From Candidatus Obscuribacteraceae bacterium (GTDB lineage Bacteria > Cyanobacteriota > Vampirovibrionia > Obscuribacterales > Obscuribacteraceae), in contig JBGAHS010000008.1 of assembly GCA_044226015.1 (NCBI GenBank), positions 32,001 through 96,000 of the forward strand: a stretch of 64,000 nucleotides of DNA. Direction: 5' to 3'. A model generated the notes under the pieces. It ran no database searches, was not told where the DNA came from, and saw nothing but the letters and a program-made list of their open reading frames with translations. The first letter of the stretch is position 1, and each line of letters opens with the position of its first letter. Below are positions 58,562-64,000 of this stretch, piece by piece. Both the position numbers and the translations under genes were made by a program.

Positions 58562-59446
58562 TCAGGCTTCCGCACCCACCAGCCAGCCTTCTGCAACAGC
58601 CTGACGACGAGCCTGTTCAGCATCAGAATCGATAGTTAGCTCCATGAAGCGGCGACGGCTTTGAATCACATATCTAGCGCGACTAATCAACGCGGTAGCA
58701 TCAAGATAATCATGTGCGAATATGACATTATCCATGGTGCGATACCAATTGTCGCCGGACGGCAAAACAATATCTGCCACAATTTCGCCAAGCTCGAAAA
58801 TCTCTTTGTCCTTGTTCGCTCTCGCTGGATAAGAGACGGTATAACGGGTGGTATCAAACTCAAGGCACTCAGCTTTTCCTAAGTAAGGTATGCGCTGCTC
58901 TTCGATTGAAAAACCGAGGTCGTCGAATCCCTGACGTTCCTCATCCCAAATTTCTCTGAGTAGGTCAGAAACAGTATCCATGTGAGACTCAAAGCGCCAG
59001 AATTCGCTGGTCTGAAGGTAAGGAGTAGCAGCTCGAAATTCCCATGTGTCCTCAGAATAAGCCACTTCCAGCTGGTGCGTATGCGCCCAAGCCGTCGTCA
59101 AAACGCCCATCCAATGTATGCTGTCTTCATAAACCTGCGCATAACTGGCTTTGAACCAATCTTGCCATTCATCGAAAGCACTATATTGCGCAGAGCGCTT
59201 GATCAGCCCTTCTCGCCACTCTAGCTCGTCCGAAAGCGCATCCTCAGCGTGAAAAAACTCCGCCCAGTAAGCTGCGACCGAAGCTGGTTCAACCAAACCA
59301 AAATCGCCAACACCTTTCTGTTCTTGCCAGAGACCCTGGCAAACCTTGACAGCTTCAATACAACGAGTGTAAGGATTGGACTCCTTAAAGTCCTCGTGAT
59401 GCCTCACCCAATCTATTCCCGCCCGAATCAAGTACGCTGGGTACAT
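58562..59446 (-). CDS. hypothetical protein (Trp/Glu-rich)
   Basis: 294-aa ORF 22 bp downstream of malQ; SD GAGG. Confidence 0.75.
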   Translation of the reverse strand: MYPAYLIRAGIDWVRHHEDFKESNPYTRCIEAVKVCQGLWQEQKGVGDFGLVEPASVAAYWAEFFHAEDALSDELEWREGLIKRSAQYSAFDEWQDWFKASYAQVYEDSIHWMGVLTTAWAHTHQLEVAYSEDTWEFRAATPYLQTSEFWRFESHMDTVSDLLREIWDEERQGFDDLGFSIEEQRIPYLGKAECLEFDTTRYTVSYPARANKDKEIFELGEIVADIVLPSGDNWYRTMDNVIFAHDYLDATALISRARYVIQSRRRFMELTIDSDAEQARRQAVAEGWLVGAEA

Positions 59447-59468
59447 GCTCTAACTCATTCCTCTTATT

Positions 59469-61217
59469 TCACTTGTTGATTGTACTAGCTGGGCTCGCGC
59501 TTGGCAGCCTCTTGTTTTCACGAATCAGCAGAGCGAGACGTCTGATCTTCGCCCCATAGTATGAATCGCTTTCGTACTGTGTCAATGTCATTGCCAAGCG
59601 CCGCGACCAGTTCCCTACATCTGCTGTACCCGGAACGTTGAATTGTTCATTGCTGCCAAGAATATCTGGAATCATAAAAATTGCCATCCAGCACGGCATT
59701 TCGAGCAATACCTCTTCAAATTTCTCATGCAGCTCATCAGTGAATTCGGTCGGAGGGTCATTTTTATCTAAACCTAAAAAGACCATCAGCCTTTGAACAT
59801 CCAACCAGGCAGAATGCCCATCATCACCATGCCAACGCTTGCAAAGGTCTTCGTAGTAGAGGCGCAGAGGCATATGGTCGTGTGTACCATAAGTAGCCAA
59901 GTTCAATGGATGATGCTCTTCTGGCTTTATGAATGATTGGTCCTTTTCATTCCTTTCAAAAATAGGAATTGCAAAGCCCGGGATACCGAGCTTTTTCAAG
60001 ATTGGCCGCACATAGGGTGGAACCATTCCAAGATCTTCTGCAACGACTCCTTCCTTACCAGCCGCGTCGAGAATCATTTTGAGTAACGCTTCGCCATCGG
60101 CGGCATTCAGCTTGCCGAGCTTTTCTGGATAGTCTTCACGGGGAATGAAATGAGGCAACTTTCCTTTCGTCAACTCCTCGGCTTCTTCTTCCGTCAGGTC
60201 GACAAATTCCCAGTTGCGTTCGGGAATCCACGGGAAGCCATAGATTCGGAAAAATCCCAGGACGTGATCAATCCTAAAATAATGGAATATTCCTGTGAGT
60301 TTTTGAACGCGTTGACGCCACCACCGGTAGTTCTCTTTCTTGTGCGCTTTCCAATCATAGAGCGGAATGCCCCAATTTTGTCCCCAATTTTTTGTGAACT
60401 TGTCTCCCTGGAAGAGGGGCTCAGGTGGCGCACCTCCGGACCATTCGAGATCAAATAAGTTTCGCTCGGACCACACATCACTACTGTAACGACTGACACC
60501 AAATGGAATATCACCCATTAGGGAAACAGATTTCTCATCAGCGTATTTGCGAACCTCAAGCCATTGCTTGAAAGCCAGCCATTGAACATAACCATGGAAA
60601 CGTCTATCGTCCAACAACTTCTCTTTCACCTGCGAAATTTTCAGAAATTGTTGAGCGCTTTCAAAGCTTTGATGTTCCTTCGGCCATTGAGTCCAACAAG
60701 CATTTCCACCATGCAAATCAATGAATGAGCGAAATAGAGTATAAGCTTCGAGCCAGCCTTGTTCAGCCTTTTCAAAGGCTAAAAAGTCCTGAACTTCGGC
60801 GTCAGTTTTTGCACCGGCGTCAGCAAGTTTTTTCTTGAAATTTGTCCATGAATTTCGCAACAAATCCAACTTCAATTTTTTCACAACCTGATAGCGAACG
60901 AAATTAAAATCGGATTCCTTTATTCCGCTCTGATCCACGAGCCACTCATAATCTTCCTTCAGCAAACAAGGAATTTTTCCAGGCTCAACTGTAAGCAAAA
61001 CAGGGTCGAGCGCAACAGAACTAATCGCGCCATAGGGGCTGTTATCGCCACCAGTTTCATTTATTGGCAGAACCTGCAAAATAGTCAAATTGTTTCGTGC
61101 ACAGAAATCGATTGATTCTTTGACAGCCTCTGTGTCGCCAATTCCAAGGTCACCATTTCTTCGCATAGCGAATACTGGTATCAAAACACCTGCGCCTTTT
61201 TTCTTTGGATCGATCAC
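59469..61217 (-). CDS. malQ: 4-alpha-glucanotransferase (GH77)
   Basis: GIGD, QVLPIN, SPY, GDIPFGV, GAPP, QNWG.P.Y, RIDHVLGF, AEDLG, THD and NVPGT. Confidence 0.93.
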   Translation of the reverse strand: MIDPKKKGAGVLIPVFAMRRNGDLGIGDTEAVKESIDFCARNNLTILQVLPINETGGDNSPYGAISSVALDPVLLTVEPGKIPCLLKEDYEWLVDQSGIKESDFNFVRYQVVKKLKLDLLRNSWTNFKKKLADAGAKTDAEVQDFLAFEKAEQGWLEAYTLFRSFIDLHGGNACWTQWPKEHQSFESAQQFLKISQVKEKLLDDRRFHGYVQWLAFKQWLEVRKYADEKSVSLMGDIPFGVSRYSSDVWSERNLFDLEWSGGAPPEPLFQGDKFTKNWGQNWGIPLYDWKAHKKENYRWWRQRVQKLTGIFHYFRIDHVLGFFRIYGFPWIPERNWEFVDLTEEEAEELTKGKLPHFIPREDYPEKLGKLNAADGEALLKMILDAAGKEGVVAEDLGMVPPYVRPILKKLGIPGFAIPIFERNEKDQSFIKPEEHHPLNLATYGTHDHMPLRLYYEDLCKRWHGDDGHSAWLDVQRLMVFLGLDKNDPPTEFTDELHEKFEEVLLEMPCWMAIFMIPDILGSNEQFNVPGTADVGNWSRRLAMTLTQYESDSYYGAKIRRLALLIRENKRLPSASPASTINK

Positions 61218-61256
61218 GATAATTTCCTCTAGCTGGTAGGAACTCGCAGAAGCGAA

Positions 61257-62555
61257 CTAGTTGATACCCAGTCGCTCGAACACTTGATTCAAGTTACGCA
61301 GATAATGTTCAGGGTCAAAACACTCCTCAATTTCGCGCTTCTCTAAAAGTCCGGTTACTCGCTCATCGGAGAGAAGGTTAGCGCGGAAATTTCCCGCATC
61401 ATTGTTCCATGCTTGCATCGCATTTGATTGCACAACACGGTACGCATCTTCTCTGCTCATGCCTTTCTCAACCATTTTCAACATCACAGCCTGTGAGAAA
61501 ATCACGCCACCATATCTATCCATATTTCGTCGCATGTTTTCCGGATAAACAACCAGCCCTGCTACTATTTTGGTAAATCTTGCAAGCATGTAATCAACCA
61601 AAATGCATGAGTCAGGCAGAATTATTCTTTCGACAGAACTATGTGAGATGTCGCGCTCATGCCAGAGCGGAATGTTTTCCATCGCTGCAATTGCATTGCC
61701 ACGAAGAACACGAGCAAGCCCCGTAATATTTTCGCTGCCGACAGGGTTGCGTTTGTGCGGCATAGCAGAGCTGCCCTTTTGCCCATGAGAGAAAGGCTCT
61801 TCCGCTTCAAGAACATCAGTGCGTTGAAGGTGGCGAATTTCCACTGCAAATTTTTCAAGGCTAGTTCCTATCATAGCTAGGGACCAGATGAACTGAGCAT
61901 GACGATCGCGTTGAATAATTTGAGTAGAAATTGGGGCTGGTGTGAGCCCGAGCAGATTACAGGTTAGACGCTCAACCTCTGGGTCAATATTGGAGTAGGT
62001 TCCGACAGCACCACTAAATTGTCCTACCGAAATCATCTCGATTGCATCGTCAAAGCGTTTTTGCTGGCGCTTAACTTCCTCAAGCCACACCGCAAGCTTG
62101 AATCCAAAAGTAGTCGGCTCAGCGTGAATACCATGCGAACGACCTACAGTAACGGTCTCTTTATGCTTATGAGCTTGTTCCTTAATTGCGTCGTGGAGCT
62201 CTTGCAAATCTTTTTTGATTATTTGCGCAGCTCGAAGCATTTGCAATGCAAGCGCAGTATCGATTACGTCTGAACTGGTCAAACCAAGGTGCACAAATCG
62301 CGAATTCTCGCCCACTTTTTCAGCCACACTAGTCAAGAAAGCAATGACATCGTGCTTGACCTCTAGTTCAATTTCGTCAATTCTTTTGACATCAAAGCCA
62401 GCTTTCTTTTTAATGTCTTCAAGCGCTTCTTTTGGTATTCGCCCTAATTGGCACTGAGCCTCACAAACTGCAATTTCCACGTCAAGGAAAGTCTGAAATT
62501 TCGCTTCATCTGTCCACAAAGCAGCCATTTCAGGCCGCGTGTATCTGCTGATCAC
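61257..62555 (-). CDS. purB: adenylosuccinate lyase
   Basis: ISRYTRPEM, HDVIAF, H.GLTSSD, GRSHGIHAEP and GSSAMPHKRNP; GTG start after AGGAG. Confidence 0.95.
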   Translation of the reverse strand: MISRYTRPEMAALWTDEAKFQTFLDVEIAVCEAQCQLGRIPKEALEDIKKKAGFDVKRIDEIELEVKHDVIAFLTSVAEKVGENSRFVHLGLTSSDVIDTALALQMLRAAQIIKKDLQELHDAIKEQAHKHKETVTVGRSHGIHAEPTTFGFKLAVWLEEVKRQQKRFDDAIEMISVGQFSGAVGTYSNIDPEVERLTCNLLGLTPAPISTQIIQRDRHAQFIWSLAMIGTSLEKFAVEIRHLQRTDVLEAEEPFSHGQKGSSAMPHKRNPVGSENITGLARVLRGNAIAAMENIPLWHERDISHSSVERIILPDSCILVDYMLARFTKIVAGLVVYPENMRRNMDRYGGVIFSQAVMLKMVEKGMSREDAYRVVQSNAMQAWNNDAGNFRANLLSDERVTGLLEKREIEECFDPEHYLRNLNQVFERLGIN

Positions 62556-62735
62556 GTTAAGATCTCCTAACTTATGCTTGCAACTGGGTTCTGAGTGCCA
62601 CAACGCGCTGGCGACATTCACCGCCTGTATTGTACCTGAGCGACTGGCGAGCTAGAGATTTGCGTTCTTGTAAGGTAGCAAATCTATAACTTGCTGGAAC
62701 TGATCGCCGGGATAGGATGATGGCAAGGGTTTAAA

Positions 62736-63674
62736 ATGATGAACATCTCAAATCAAGGTGCATCGCAAATGAAAATTCTGCTTCCGATGGATATGGCAAA
62801 TCCGGTCGACAAAATTATCGAACAGATGTCTGCAATTCTTCCGACTGCACAACATTCCGTTCATTGTTTGTTCGTTAACGAAGCCTGGCCCTCATACGAA
62901 AACGTGCTTGGCGCTCAGGGACAGTTTGCTGATGATTGGCGCAAAATCGTTGAGGACAAGGCACAGGGCAAATTGAATGAAGCCGAATCTTTGCTCAAGG
63001 GAAAATGTGCCAGCGTAAGCAAAGAGATAGTCTCGGGTCCGCCAGCAATGATGATTGAAACAGTGGCACGCGATGAGAATTGTGACGTGATAGTCATGAT
63101 GCCAGGCAAACACCCTAAATACGAAGAGATTTTTCAGGGCAGCGTCACTGCAAATGTAGCGAAACATGGTCCTGGAACCATCCTGATCATTCGCAATAAA
63201 ACCACATTCCCTGCAGATTTGAAAACGGTCATCATCGGTGTTGATGGTTCGTCAAATGCGCTTGAAGCCATGATGCGAGCAGTGGAAATATTCCAACTTG
63301 CAGAACGGAAAGTCAAAGTGATTCTCTTCAATTCCGCCGATGTTGCCGACCCTATCAAATATATAAGCCCTGTTGAGTTCATTTCACGTGTGGAACAAAA
63401 CCTAGTCCTTGAAGGCGAAACATACCTTGCTGACGCGAAGCGAGTTCTAGCAGATGCCGGTATCACCAATACAGAAATGGTGCAAAAAACAGGCAAACCT
63501 GCCCATGAACTTGTCGAACTCGCAAAAGAGCGAAACGCTGACCTCATCGTAGTTGGTGCAGAAGGCAGAACTGCAGTCCAGCATTTCCTACTGGGTAGTG
63601 TCTCTCACCGCATTGCGATGCAGTCACCATGTGCGGTGGCAATTATGAAGAAACAAAATAAGCCGAAATCTTGA
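62736..63674 (+). CDS. tandem-domain universal stress protein
   Basis: Two USP domains (GSVT..V; GVDGS...DLIVVG..G......LLGSVS). Confidence 0.9.
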   Translation: MMNISNQGASQMKILLPMDMANPVDKIIEQMSAILPTAQHSVHCLFVNEAWPSYENVLGAQGQFADDWRKIVEDKAQGKLNEAESLLKGKCASVSKEIVSGPPAMMIETVARDENCDVIVMMPGKHPKYEEIFQGSVTANVAKHGPGTILIIRNKTTFPADLKTVIIGVDGSSNALEAMMRAVEIFQLAERKVKVILFNSADVADPIKYISPVEFISRVEQNLVLEGETYLADAKRVLADAGITNTEMVQKTGKPAHELVELAKERNADLIVVGAEGRTAVQHFLLGSVSHRIAMQSPCAVAIMKKQNKPKS

Positions 63675-63703
63675 TTTCAAATCCGCAGTAAGAGGCATCA
63701 GAC

Positions 63704-64000
63704 ATGACCAGAGCATCAGGCAGTTTTAGTTTACGGCTGCTGTTTTCGCTTGCAACTTTGCTAGCTTCGACAACACCCTCCGTGTATGGGCAAATTGACG
63801 ACGCCGCAGACTTGCATACACAGCAAGCTCAAGAGAAACACGAGCTTGGCGACATGCAAAAGGAAATCGACGACATCAAAAACAGTATGCAAAATACGAT
63901 GAAGGAGATGTCCAAGGTCCACTCGATGATGACCTCCGGTGCTCAAAGCAAAGAAATTCGCTTACAAGCAAAAGACGCTATGTGGGAAGCATTTCCAGGC
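63704..64000 (+). CDS. 5' part of an exported protein, probably a multicopper oxidase (not in the ORF track)
   Basis: ATG 63704 after AGAGG; open to the window end; signal peptide, Met/His-containing helix, then KEIRLQAKDAMWEAFPG resembling the first cupredoxin strand. Confidence 0.55.
   Translation, partial: MTRASGSFSLRLLFSLATLLASTTPSVYGQIDDAADLHTQQAQEKHELGDMQKEIDDIKNSMQNTMKEMSKVHSMMTSGAQSKEIRLQAKDAMWEAFPG

Overview
This is a 64-kb stretch of bacterial chromosome, roughly 45-50% GC by eye and densely coding with about 45 CDS. The gene mix (cyanobacteria-like SbcC, Rpn/DUF4351 and GAF-GGDEF, no photosynthesis genes, many lineage-specific TPR and low-complexity proteins) suggests a non-photosynthetic Melainabacteria/Obscuribacterales-type organism; that placement is inference only. 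Housekeeping genes include folK, etfB/etfA, sbcC, rsmG, malQ, purB, a DUF62 enzyme, a HAD hydrolase, a USP and the B12-binding subunit of methylmalonyl-CoA mutase. I found no rRNA, tRNA, CRISPR array, integrase or IS element. The accessory modules most worth following up are: (1) a Nal1-like trypsin protease fused to a ricin-B domain, followed by a free paralog of that lectin domain; (2) a probably leaderless MerR-VIT/vWA operon with an array of ACTGTCA boxes; (3) a Fur/Zur-boxed metal locus with TonB, a TonB-dependent receptor carrying an ~80-aa coiled-coil insert, two Fur paralogs, a truncated COG0523 plus an unannotated second COG0523 remnant, a Cys-retaining L33 and a DUF1573-diheme cytochrome c; (4) a MazF/PemK toxin with a long charged tail, separated from its candidate antitoxin by a terminator; (5) an Rpn nuclease with 21-bp repeats; (6) orphan emfourin and SUFU-like genes; and (7) several structured or repeated intergenic elements. 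All family calls come from motif recognition by eye; no searches were run.
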